The position numbers and the translations under genes were made by a program. 64,000 nucleotides of DNA from Eledone cirrhosa. Lineage: Eukaryota. Below the pieces are notes generated by a model. The model was not told where the DNA came from and ran no database searches. It was given only the letters and a program-made list of their open reading frames with translations. How positions within the stretch are numbered: position 1 is the stretch's first letter; each line of letters opens with the position of its first letter. Location of the stretch: the NCBI GenBank assembly GCA_964016885.1, contig OZ024743.1, positions 293,446,001 through 293,510,000 of the forward strand. Reading direction: 5' to 3'. Below, one piece after another: positions 41,257-54,698 of the stretch.

Positions 41257-43792
41257 TCATCATCATCATCATCATCGTTTAACGTCCATCTTCCACGCTT
41301 GCATGGGTTTGGACGGGAGTTTTCCTACTTGAGGCAAGATTGGTTGTTTTGCTTGTATAGGACTGTCTGGCGGGTTTTCTATGGCTGGATGCCCTTCCTA
41401 ACACCAACCACGTTTACAGTGTGGACTGGGAGATTTTTACCGTGTTACCTACACGGCCACATTACAGCATGGACTGTGTATTTTTTTGTTGTGACACCTA
41501 CACGACCTCATTTGCTTGATGTTGTGGTACCAACATAACTTCACATTGAAGGGAATGGGGTGGGGGTAGTCGGGCAGAGGTGTATTTTTGTTAGAGGTGC
41601 CTACTGACTGTAGGTTTCGCTTTGTACTTAGGCAAGGCGGATCTTCTGTATTACTGTGTAGCGCCAGATATCTCGATCCAGTGACATTGTCTTGAACAGG
41701 TGTAAGTGTGTGAGGTCAGAATTTATCAAGTCGTACCAGGTTTTTCTGGGTCTGCCTACTCCGTGGCTACTGTCTATTTTTATCGTCCTGCACTTTTTTA
41801 TACATCATACAGCCTGCCTTTCATTTTTAGAGAGAACCCTTTAGCAGCCACTAGTGGTATAAGCTCTCTGAACTTTTTCCATCCCGTTCTGACTCTAGCT
41901 ACTGTACTTTCAGAGCACCCTCCCCCACTGCTGATTTTGTCACCCAGATAACGGAAGGTGTCCACTATTTCTATAGAACCATCTGTGCAATGGAATGAGC
42001 TACTATTCTGTGGGCACTTGCTGCTACTTATTGCACCAGAGCACCGGCCACATATAAAATCTAAATTCTTAGTTAGCTTACCTGTGATCCCACTACATCT
42101 TTTATGCACCCATACTTTGCATTTGGGACATAAAATGGAGGTTCTGCCTTCTCCTTTCCTACACACTGAGCATGGCCATTTCCCAAATGGGACCAGTCCC
42201 CTATTTTCCTTCCTACAAACTAGAACTTTAGTCTTAGACAAGTTAACTTTAAGGCCTTTTGATTCTAGGCCATGCTTCCATGTTTGGAATTTCTTCTCTA
42301 GTTCAGCCATTGATTCAGCTATGAGCGTTAGATCATCTGCGTATAGGAGTTCCCATGGGCAGCCGGTCTTGAACTCATCTGTTATAGCCTGAAGGGCAAT
42401 AATAAATAGGAGGAGGCTAAGGACAGAGCCCTGATGAACACCAAGTTTTACACTAAACTCATCACTATATTCGTTGTTAATTCTAACCTTGCTTACTGTT
42501 TCTTTATACATGGCTTGTATAGCTGTCAGAAGCCATTCATCAACACCTAGTTTTCTAAGAGCCCACCAGATAATGGAATGGGGGGATCTGTCAAAGGCTT
42601 TCTCCAAGTCAACAATAGCTAAGTATAGGGCATTACTTTTAGCTAGGTACTTCTCCTGTAGTTGTCGTACAATTAAAAGAGCGTCTGTTGTACTTTTACC
42701 TGACACAAACCCGAACTGTATTTCATCTATATCAATTTGCTCTCTGATTAGTTGCGCTATTACTTTTTCTGTGACCTTCATGACCTGGTCGATTAATTTA
42801 ATGCCTCTATAGTTTCCTCTATCTAGGGCATCTCTTTACCCTTGTAGCAGTTATTGATGATGCTGCTACGGCAGTCCTTTGGAACGACCCCTTTCTGTAT
42901 GACTTGGTTTACTATCCAGGTGACCATAGTGTGTCCCACCATTCCAGATGCTTTCAGCATTTCAGCAACTATCTCCGAAGGCCCAGCCGCCTTACCCGTC
43001 TTCATATCTTTGATTGCCTTACTTATTATACTACCTTCAACTAGCACTGCTGGTCCCTCTATTGGATTGATGTGGGGGAGACTGTCTTTCTCCCAATTAT
43101 TCTCCTCATTTAGTAGCCTTTCGTAGTGACACTTCCAAGCTACCTTCTTATCAGCATCAGTGATGGCAAGTACACCGTCATCATTAAGGCACACTTCTCA
43201 CCGACAATATCACGGTTTTCCTTGACACATTGCCTAGTAATCCTGAACACCTCACGTTTTTGGTCCTCGCGTTGTAGAACATGCTTGAACTTTCTTTCAT
43301 CTACTTCCCTTCTTGCGAAGTACACTTGTCTCCTAGCTTCCCTCTGGCTACTTGATAGTCTTCTCTACTTCCCCCATCCCGCCATACTTTCCAAGACTGC
43401 TTTTTGGCCTTAATTGACTCCTCCACCTTACTGCTCCACCACCACGTTACTCTCCTCCTGCCTATAGGCTGCTCCAGCCACAGACTTCATCTTCCGCCTT
43501 CAGCAGGTTCGCTTTCAGCAATTCCCACTGTTCCTCTATATTGTACGTACGACTCTAATTGCTCTGTCGAAAGCATCAAGTAATATGCTTTTAAATTTAT
43601 TACTGGTTGTGGGGTCCTTTAGCTTCCATATTTTTCTCCTGAGGATAGTCCTCCTCTGTTCTCTAGTACGTCTTGTCCTGAATATGAGGTCGCTGACTAT
43701 GAGTCTATGTTGGGAGGTACATTCTTCATGGGGGAGGGATTTAGTGTTTACAACAGACACTCTATCACGTCTTCTGGTAAGGATATAATCTA
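41257..43792 (-). mobile_element. RTE LINE copy, 5'-truncated, frameshifted, with internal deletion
   Basis: ORFs 43536-43760, 43140-43325, 42823-43194 and 41798-42781 closely match the 54.7-57.6 kb copy; deletion near 41795; (CAT)n tail at about 41257-41276. Confidence 0.93.
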
Positions 43793-43795
43793 TCT

Positions 43796-43857
<62 letters not shown>

Positions 43858-43923
43858 ATACATACATATATATATGCATACATATATATATATATATATA
43901 CATATATATACATATACATATAT

Positions 43924-44337
43924 AGTGAAACCAACAGTCAGTAGGCATCTCTTAACCAAATATACACCCCAATCCACTACCCCTACCCTAAGCTCCCACT
44001 CCCACCAACATCACCCTCTCTCTGTAAAGTTGGTACCACAACATCCAGTCCAAATAAATGAGATAATGAGATCTAGATAGTGTAGGTGTCACGAGAAAAA
44101 ACACAGTCCACGCTGTAATGTGGCCATGTAGGTAATACGGTAAAAAGTTCCCAGTTCCACACTGTAAATGTGGTTGGTGTTAGGAAGGGCATCCAGCCGG
44201 AGAAAACCTGCCAGATAGTCCTATATGTGCGAGACACGGTCACCCGAACAAACTTGCCTCAAGTGGGACAACTCCCGTCTAACCCATGCTAGCGTGGAAA
44301 ATGGACATTAAACGAAGATGATGATGATGATGATGAT
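43924..44337 (+). mobile_element. RTE LINE 3' UTR fragment
   Basis: Matches the 3' UTR at 57697-58046 and ends in (GAT)n. Confidence 0.85.
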
Positions 44338-44422
44338 ATATATATATATATACATATATGCATACATATATATATATACATACATATATATATATATGCA
44401 TATATATATATATACATATATA

Positions 44423-44746
44423 TTAGAAAGTAAATTTTTTTTTACAAAATGAACAATAACCGAGGTATCCTACACGAGTGAAAGTATAAAGAAAAAAAGA
44501 TGAAATCGAAAAGGCAACTGGAATCTTATTTTTTTTAAAATATATATATTTATTTGGTTCCTTTACCGGTTTCGCAGTTCTTCTGCTTTTCAAAAGTAGA
44601 GTTGAGATGGAAGGTCTGTGGTTTTTCTCACATCTGGTTGGTATTTGAATGTTACTTGTTTTATATGGAAAAAAGTGGCTCGAAACGCCAGGTTTTTAGA
44701 GAAGTAATTTTATTGGTTGGTCAATAATTATAATAAATTTTGCACC

Positions 44747-44748
<2 letters not shown>
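44423..44748 (-). mobile_element. Short non-coding HHR-bearing element between (TA)n tracts
   Basis: Flanked by (TA)n; partial second copy at 12412-12525 with the same HHR region. Confidence 0.55.
44561..44596 (-). ncRNA. Minimal hammerhead ribozyme with U3-A8 covariant core
   Basis: CUU UUGAAAA GCAG-aagaa-CUGC GAAA CCGG UA AAG, followed by AAUAAA; palindromic ACCGGU stem III; stem I only 3 bp. Confidence 0.6.
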
Positions 44749-44815
<67 letters not shown>

Positions 44816-44896
44816 CAGAAGGGATATTCAAGTTGTTGGTAATTCAACAAATATAAATGTTTATTCAGAGCACTCAACAAGTTTTCTGGAGTATAA

Positions 44897-46505
44897 TCAT
44901 CATCATCATCATCATCATCAACGTTTAACGTCCGTGTTCCACGCTTGCATGGGTTTGGACGGGGGTAGTCCCACTTGAGGCAAGAGTGATTTTCTTGCTC
45001 GCATAGGACTGTCTGGCAGGTTTTCTACAGTTGGATGCCCTTCCTAACACCAACCACATTTACAGTGTGGGTCTGGGAGGTTTTTACCGTGTTGCCTACA
45101 CGGCCACATTACAGCGTGGACTGTGTGTTTTTTTGTCGTGACACCTACACGATCTCATTTGTTTCGGCCTGGATGGCGCGGCACCAACATAACTTTACAT
45201 AGAACGGGGTGGTGTGGATGGGGTGGGGGTTGTGGTGGTGGGACGGGGTGTATTTTGTTAGAGATGCCTACTGGCAAGGCGGGTCTTCTCTATTACTGAG
45301 TACCGCCAAAGGTCTCGGTCCAGTGACATTGTCTTGGTGAGGTGTAAGTGTGTGAGGTCGGTGTTTATCAGCTCGTCCCAGGTTTTTCTGGGTCTGCCTA
45401 TTCCGTGGCTACCGTCTATCTTTATTGCCCTGCACTTTGTTATACAGCTATCATCCTTCATGCGCATCACGTGACCATACCAACGTAGCCTTCTCTCTAG
45501 TAAACAACATCTGATCCCTTTTATTTCTAATTTTTTCCTTAGTTCGTTTATGCTTTGTCGTTCACGTATATTACTATTACACATCCAGCGGAGCATGCAA
45601 GCTTCGTTTCTCTCTAGTCTGCGTATATCCTCTGCACACAATGCCCAGGTCTCACTGCCATGCAACATTGCTGTTCGTATGCAGGCATCGTACAGCCTGC
45701 CTTTCATTTTTAGGGAGAACCCTTTAGCGGCTAATAGTGGTATAAGCTCTCTGAACTTTTTCCACCCAGTTCTGACTCTAGCTACTGTACTTTCAGCGCA
45801 CCCTCCCCCACTGCTGATTTTGTCACCCAGGTAACGGAAGCTGTCCACTATTTCTATAGAACCCTCTGCGCAGTTGAAAGAGCTAGTATTTTGTGTGCAC
45901 TTGCTGCTACTTATATCCCCAGAACACCGGCCACATGTAAAATCTATGTTCTTAGTTAGCTTACCTGTGATCCCACTACATCTTTTATGCACCCAAACTT
46001 TGCATTTGGGACACAAAATGGAATTTCTACCTACGCCTTTCCTACACTCTGCGCATGGCCACTTCCCGGAGGGGACCGCCGCCTTATTTTCTTTCCTACG
46101 AACTAGAACTTTAGTCTTAGCCAGGTTAATTTTAAGGCCTTTTGATTCTAGGCCGTGCTTCCATGTTTGGAATTTCTTCTCTAGCTCGGCCATTGATTCA
46201 GCTATGAGCGTTAGATCATCTGCGTATAGGAGTTCCCATGGGCAGCCGGTCTTGAACTGTTATAGCCTGGAGGGCAATAATAAATAGTAGGGGTCTAAGA
46301 ACAGAGCCCTGATTCTAACCTTGCTAACTGTTTCTTTATACATGGCTTGTATAGCTCTCACAAGCCATTCATCAACACCTAGTTTTCTAAGAGCCCACCA
46401 GATAATGGAACGGGGGACTCTGTCGAAGGCCTTCTCCAAGTCGACGAAAGCTAAGTATAGGGGTTTACTTTTAGCTAGGTACTTCTCCTGTAGTTGTCGT
46501 ACAAT
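44897..46505 (-). mobile_element. RTE LINE 3' portion
   Basis: ORF 45258-46193 encodes the RT C-terminal part with PHD-like finger; same 3' UTR and (CAT)n tail. Confidence 0.93.
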
Positions 46506-46516
46506 GTATATATAAT

Positions 46517-46770
46517 ATACAATGATATTAAATAAATGGAAACTATAATTTATAAAACCATATTTATTCTATTATATATATTTCTAGGGTACCAAAATTT
46601 TGGTACACTATAATTAGATAAAATACGAACAGTTTTATAAATATTTGACATAACCAAGGATAATATACCTTAACGGTTCAACTTATCTCTGGATAACTTG
46701 AACTGTTATGGTTTTATAAATATATATGGTTTTATAAATCTTAGTTTCCATTTATTTAATATCATTGTAT
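46517..46770. repeat. Diverged fold-back copy of the 46917-47279 family
   Basis: Terminal inverted ATACAATGATATTAAATAAATGGAAACTA..ATTTATAAAACCATAT; inner hairpin AACGGTTCAA...TTGAACTGTT. Confidence 0.75.
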
Positions 46771-46772
46771 AA

Positions 46773-46824
<52 letters not shown>

Positions 46825-46955
46825 AAAGTTATATTTAACTTAAAAAATATTTAACAACTAGTAAATATTTATAACTGATATAAAAGCACTCAACAAGTAT
46901 TTGGAGTATATTTACGATATTAAATAAATGGAAACTATATTTATAAAACCATATT

Positions 46956-47021
46956 TATTTCATTATATATATTTCAGGGATATCATATTAACAATATGTT
47001 ATGCCTTCTTCAGACAAAATA
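46956..47021 (-). ncRNA. Mirror hammerhead ribozyme in left palindrome arm
   Basis: Reverse complement of 47175-47240. Confidence 0.72.
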
Positions 47022-47174
47022 CAATATAGACAGTTTTATAGATAAATAGATTTGACATACCGTTCAACATCGACTTGTATTTGAAAAAGTTGATTTGCCA
47101 AATCAACTTTTTCAAATACAAGTCGATGTTGAACGGTATGTCAAATCTATTTATCTATAAAACTGTCTATATTG

Positions 47175-47240
47175 TATTTTGTCTGAAGAAGGCATAACAT
47201 ATTGTTAATATGATATCCCTGAAATATATATAATGAAATA
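47175..47240 (+). ncRNA. Type I hammerhead ribozyme in right palindrome arm
   Basis: UAUUUUGU CUGAAGA AGG-[25 nt]-CCU GAAA UAUAUA UA AUGAAAUA: 8-bp stem I with 2 G-U, overlapping AAUAAA. Confidence 0.72.
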
Positions 47241-47281
47241 AATATGGTTTTATAAATATAGTTTCCATTTATTTAATATTG

Positions 47282-47345
<64 letters not shown>

Positions 47346-47360
47346 ATATATACATATATG

Positions 47361-47399
<39 letters not shown>

Positions 47400-47703
47400 C
47401 TCTGTGTTTATATGGTTTAGAATAGATGCATCATATCATTGTGTGTCGACTAAACGGGTTAGTGTGAGGAAGGATGTCTGGCCTTAAAACTTTGCCTCAG
47501 AAAGTCTCGTCCAGCCCATTCCACCATAAAAAACCCATGATGATGATGATGATGATGATTGTATGTGTACCCTGGGGGCTATTTATCTTAATGAGATATA
47601 CTTTTGATAACCAAATTATCATTGGGTTTGCACAGGTGTTTTTTCAGCATGTATATGTGTGTGCACATGTGTGTATATGTTTGTACTTATTTAAGTGTGT
47701 ATA

Positions 47704-47734
<31 letters not shown>

Positions 47735-47915
47735 GTATGTATGTATATATATGTGTGTGTATATGTATGTATATATATGTATGTATGTATATATATGTGT
47801 GTGTGTGTATGTATATATATGTATGTATGTATATATAAGTGTGTGTGTATGTATATATATATATGTGTGTGTGTGTATATATATGTGTGTGTGTATGTGT
47901 ATATATATATATATA

Positions 47916-47964
<49 letters not shown>

Positions 47965-47985
47965 CTATATATATGTGTGTGTGTG

Positions 47986-48026
<41 letters not shown>

Positions 48027-49299
48027 ATATATGTATGTATGTGTGTGTGTATATATGTATGTATGTATATCTGCATGGGCATATATGAGAAAAAGTCAGG
48101 TTTATGTTTTGATATGATATAACTTTGAAGGGCAGCATGATAGATGAAGAAATCTATTAAGATTATAGATATAAATGTGTGTCTGTGTAATTGTGAGTGT
48201 GTGTGCTTTTGCATCTGAATTTGTAAGTATACATTGAATGTGAAAGAGAATGCTTATCTTTACAAACATATGCTAGATGTATGCGAAGGAATCTTATTCA
48301 CATTAAACACACATGATTGTGTGATGTGTGTGTGTAGTGGCCAGTGTATATATGTGTGTTTATGTATAATTGTGTGTCAGGGTTTATCTGTAAGATGTGT
48401 TTGAATATATCTTCATATTAAATGCAGATGGTTGTGTGTATTATTATTAGTATTATTTTTTTCCACTATTTAGTCATGGAATGAAGGGCAGTGCCTATGA
48501 CCCCTTTTCAGGACCTCCATGGCAAATGGGAGGGAAAGAGGAAGTTATCCTCAAAAAGAGGTCATGCTTGCAACAAGATGGAGTCTGCTAACAGCACCAA
48601 AGTGCCAGGCAGTGGTGTTAAACCAGGTGATGGATTAAGTTTTCCACCTAAGTAAGTCACCTTGGGAATTGAACTTGGAATGTAAAGATCTGGAATAAGG
48701 CATCTTATCCAACACTTTAACAATCCTACTGATCCCTGGAAGTATGTATGGCAAAATTCACTTCAACAGGATTTGAACTCAAAATGCAGATAACCAGAAC
48801 AGGGTGGAAAGTTAAGTTGTCCTTGATGGGATTTGAACTCAGACAGACACATTTTCTGTAATCTATATTTGAAGATTAACACCCATAGAAAGTCAGCTTG
48901 TATAATGTAGTCCTATATACACTGTATCAGCAAAAGGAGATAGGTTGTCTATATCTGGAAAGCTTTTACCAACTGTAAAATTAGAATGGGACATACCTTT
49001 TATCAAACAAGCAAACTGTACCATGTAATTGTGTTTGGTCAACAGATTTCATATAAATGAGTCATAAAAGCTTATCTTAGGACAATGCAGTCAGTTAATA
49101 CATCATTTAAAAGCTCACTCTGTCTCTCTGTCACACATTCTCTCCTTTTTATCTGTTTCAAATGTCTGAAGTTCACCACCTGATTGGTTCTCCAGCTCAC
49201 ACCCAGTTACCCTTACTTGATAGAATTATTTCCACCTCCTAAAATAATTGGTTATGCAAGCCTTTAAAATGTAACCACAGATACCACAACACAACTGTC

Positions 49300-49705
49300 C
49301 AAAACATAGCAGTTAATATTAAGATAACAACTGTTGATATCAACACAGCAACAGATGAACATAACAGATATTAGTATATCAACAGATGACATTACATAAC
49401 AACAGTTGATATCAACTTAGTAACATTTGATATTACCTTAACAGATGACTATAACATTTTGTTTATATTAATATAACAACAGATGAACATAACAATTGAA
49501 CATATCAACAGATGTCATTAATGTAGTGACAGAAGAATATAACATCTGTCGGTATTAACATAACACTAGATGAACATAACAACTGTTGATATTGACACAA
49601 CAACAGATGAATATAACAACAGAACAACATCTGCTATTAACATAATGATAGATGAACATAATATCATCATCATCGGCTGATGTTAATACAACAACAGATA
49701 AACTA
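49300..49705. repeat. Degenerate minisatellite (AACAGATGAACATAAC-like)
   Basis: Many diverged 15-20 bp units. Confidence 0.75.
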
Positions 49706-52700
49706 TGGGCCAAATGTAAAGCTAGCGCCATCTATGCCACTGTGGTTCAAGGTGTTGGTAGTGATAAAAATGTAAAGCTAGCACCATCTATGTCACTGGT
49801 TAATGGTATTGGTCAATATTCTGGTAGCTAGAGTGTATGGTTACCAGAGTATTGATTTCATAATAATAAGGCCATGAGTTCTGTCCCCATACCTGGCATC
49901 ATATTGTATCCTTGAACAAGGCACATCATTTCAGATTGCTTCCATCCCAGCTGAGAAAATGAGCACCAGCAGCAACTGGTGCTTAACTTGGCTACTTTTA
50001 GTTGCTTAACACTACATACAACTAAGATAAGCATTATAAGCATCTAGGGTCAAGAAAAACATTAATCAGCACCACTAGCACAGTCGAAGATTAGATTTCC
50101 TTGAATATGTAACTAGCCTTGATGTCCTTATCAAAGAAACCTTTTATTTCAAATAGTTTTTTCATTTTTAATTCCCTTTAGAGAAAAGTACCCCATCCCT
50201 ACTCTTTTTTTATTTTTAAACATCTTTGTGTATGCAGAACACACAAGCACACATATGAACACCCATACTTGTTAAACTCTTCCAAAACCAGAGGTCCAAG
50301 CTAGAGCTTATCCTAGCTTCATTGACATTAAGTAAATGGGAATACAAACCTCCCTTCTGGATAGGACACAAGTCCATTGCAGTGTTAACTCACCGCTGTG
50401 ATTACTCCTGATACTTATTTCTTCCAGCTCAGTGAATTGGAGCAGCATGTAATAGAGTGTCTTGCTGAAGGACACAATCCACTGCCCTCTCTGGGAATCA
50501 AACTTATAGCTTTACACCTAACCACTAGGCTTTGTGCCTTCTCTCACATACACGCTCAAACACATGCACCCCACACACAATTGTTCCAAATAGTGTTGTT
50601 GATGGTTTCAGATTTATTTGTTGTTTCAAACTGTCTATTCTAAACATACACATACACATTCACACATACCTTATTATGTTGTTGATGTTTGCATGTCTAT
50701 TTGGCATATTTTTTGTTGTTGCTTTTGTTTGTTTGCCATATCCGACTCTTTCGTTCTATACACATTTTCACACTAATACATGCATTTGTGTATATACATA
50801 CACACATAGTACCCCCTCCTTGCACCCCTAGTTTATTGTTGGTCCCAATTTAGGTAATTTCCTGCAGCTATTAACGTGTGACATACACATACACACAAAC
50901 AAACTCACACACACTCACTCTTTCCTGTCTCACAGATGCATTTCTTTCCTCCCTTTCTATCTTACACATCCTTCACTCTCTCGCTCACGCATACACACAC
51001 CTCCTTACACATATCTCATATACATACATCCTTCCTTTCTCCCTCACACATACACTTTTTTCCTCCTCTCTCATGCACATATGTACATATACACATTCAC
51101 TTGTAGATATAAACACAACTCTTCCTCTTGTTACCCTTAGCACACATTCACATACCTCTTACCCACACATATATGTATACCATATAGTCTGTCTCACACA
51201 CATACACTTCCCTATGCACATGCATCTTTACCCTCTCTTTCATACACATACGCTATGTAACCTATGAATGAAAAATGCCTTAGGGCAGACAAGTCTGCAT
51301 TTTTTGTGAGAAGAGTATTTGTTGTTGTAGTAGTAGCGGCGATGGTGGAATGTATTATTTCCTCCTAACCCTTTTTAAAAAAGTACCCTGACCTTTTCTG
51401 ATTTTTTTCGACATGACTTTTTGTCTCTAGTTTTTGCCATTGATCTTTCCTCCTCTTTGGCTTTGAAATGTGTGAATCCTTTTACTACCATTACTCCTTT
51501 AATCATCTTGTTTCCATATTTCTAATACTACCTATGATTTTCAAATAATTTTCAAAATACTCCAGAATTTGGAAAGATTTATTCATATAGTTAACACATT
51601 ATTAATCTGGTGTTAAGAACATAAAGATTCTGGTACCAAATCAACTGAAGCTGCTTCTGATTGGTTCTGTGGTACAAAGCTGGTTGTTTTAAAGTATTCA
51701 TATTTAAGTTACATAAAAAAAAATCAAGATATGTTTCAAACACCAGCTTAAAAATGAAAAAGTTAATTATATTAATAAACTCCCATCATTTCTTTTTATT
51801 TTCAAAGTTAATTGAAAATCACAGGCAGAGTATTTTATTAGGAATATAGTAACAAAAAGGTTTGGAAATGTTCTTAGATAGAATTATGGTGAAAGGCTTT
51901 TAGGTTAATATAAACACTAAAAAATAAAACTGTATTGTAGAACCAGTGGTGGGCTAAAAGGATTTGATGTTAATCCTTTAGCATTTAAACCAGCCGTATC
52001 CAACCAGAATTCTCTCACCTGTTCAAACCAGCTGTAACCGACTGCTTATACTTATTTTAAGGTAGTGTTCTCAAAATTAAAAACATCAAAATTTCTTAGA
52101 TTTGATATTATCTGAGATAATCATGTAAGATAAAGTCTTTACTACAAAATTACTATAGTAAATATAGAGTAATGTAAATGCTAAATGATTACAACAGGCA
52201 ACTATGGCAAAGAATGGAGCTCCATGAACTTTGTAAGACTGGCTGAATCAGAACCTAACACAGCTTAAACTCCAGAGACATTAGATCATACTACAATGTG
52301 TCTTGCCTTATTTGTTTCTACCCTCTGAGCTCCAATTTAAAATTAGACTGTAATCAACTTAGCTTTTCAGACTTTTGGGATAAAATATCAGCCCAATTTG
52401 ATAGATTGCTTGAATTGTTAATGGATGTGATGTCTTGTGGTATTTGTAACAACATTTATTTGTGCACTTTGCTGTAGGTTAATAAGGGTCAGATTTTTGT
52501 TTTGAATTCTGCTATTAGTAAAGCCTTTAAAGAAGGTATGTGGCTTACTGATTAGAATGTTGAACTCACAATCATAGAGTCATTGGTTTGGTTCCTGGAC
52601 TGGGCAGTTTTTTATGTTCTTGAACAAGACTCTTCATTTCAGATTGCTTTTCATGGTAGATCTGGGACATCTATCATTATAACACTTGACAAACTTTTGA

Positions 52701-53022
52701 TATGAGATGCAACTTCATAGGAGGCCAGCTAAACCTACATAGGTGTGGGCTATAGACCTTTTATAGTGTAATGTTATATTTTCCTATATAATTTCATGGA
52801 GCATACTGTATTGTAATATGTTGTGATATATTCTTGTTGTAAATACATGGTCAACCAATGAGAAAGTGTTGTACTTGTGTAGCTGGTGTAAAAGCTTCAG
52901 TCATGAAGTTTGTGTGTATGTATGTTATCACATTTGAAAAAAATAATTTCTTATCAGTACAATAAATAGATGTCTCCCAAACGCACACACACACACACAC
53001 CTTCATTCTGTTACCCTCCTGT

Positions 53023-53090
<68 letters not shown>

Positions 53091-53407
53091 TATCTTACAT
53101 TCACACAAACTCTTTGCATCCTGTTCTTATCTTTCTCTCACACACATATATACTCTTTGTAAATTCTAGCTCACAAACACACTCTTTGTGCCTTCTTACA
53201 CACACTCTAAAAAAAACAAGTTGTTTGTGTGTTCTATCTCTCTGTCATTACCAATGGAAGGGGAGTCTATGATATCTACTGTAGAGAATTGATAATTATG
53301 TCATAGCTATCAAACACAGTGACATGTACACAATCTACTGTGAAGAAACATCAGCAAGCATACATATATACATACATACATTTAGATAAACATGCATATA
53401 TATATAT

Positions 53408-53583
53408 GTAAATGAGGTTGGTGTTAGGAAGGGCATCCAGCTGTAGAAATCAAGCCAGATCAGTTCCTGTATGAGCAAGGCATGGTCAGCCGACCAGACA
53501 CTGCCCACAACAGGACAGCCCGTCTAACCCATGCTAGCGTGGAAGAACGGACGTAAAACGGTGATGATGATGATGATGATGAT
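53408..53583 (+). mobile_element. 5'-truncated SINE variant with alternative 3' module
   Basis: Family A segment joined to CCTGTATGAGCAAGGCATGGTCAGCCGACC...GGACGTAAAACGG(TGA)n; same module on the minus strand at 40430-40557. Confidence 0.75.
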
Positions 53584-53675
53584 ATATATATATACAATAC
53601 ATTAATGGAGCCATAGACTCTCGCCATTCCCTGTAAATAATGTGCTCAAAGGAGAGGAAATCCTGAGCTCTTTAA

Positions 53676-54376
<701 letters not shown>

Positions 54377-54698
54377 ATATATATACATATATATATATAT
54401 ATGGGGTTTCGATTGTGTCGATCGATTAGTTATTGATTAGGCGATTACGCCACATATGCCGATTATGCATTGTTGCATAATATATGCAGACAGAGGGTGC
54501 ATTGCACCTTACTGCTGCATTAAGTGTGACCGAAACTCAAGTCCGGGAACTATTATAGGCACCCGTTTTATGTGTGTTGTATTGAAGCGAATACCTATGT
54601 GTATACTTTGGGAATGTATCTTACATTGCCTATAGAATACGCTGAGCATTGATAAATATGCTGGGTCTGTCAACTCCTTATTATATATATATATATAT

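Larger units (their letters stand above)
46917..47279. repeat. Perfect palindrome with 181-bp arms and 1-nt spacer (centre 47098)
   Basis: ...AAAAAGTTGATTTG C CAAATCAACTTTTT...; arms read as reverse complements out to ATATTAAATAAATGG/CCATTTATTTAATAT. Confidence 0.95.

Noticed and set aside
41958-43413. Antisense ORFs over the RTE copies (also 45550-46515 and 55742-57410)
   Set aside because: Shadow frames of the retrotransposon ORF
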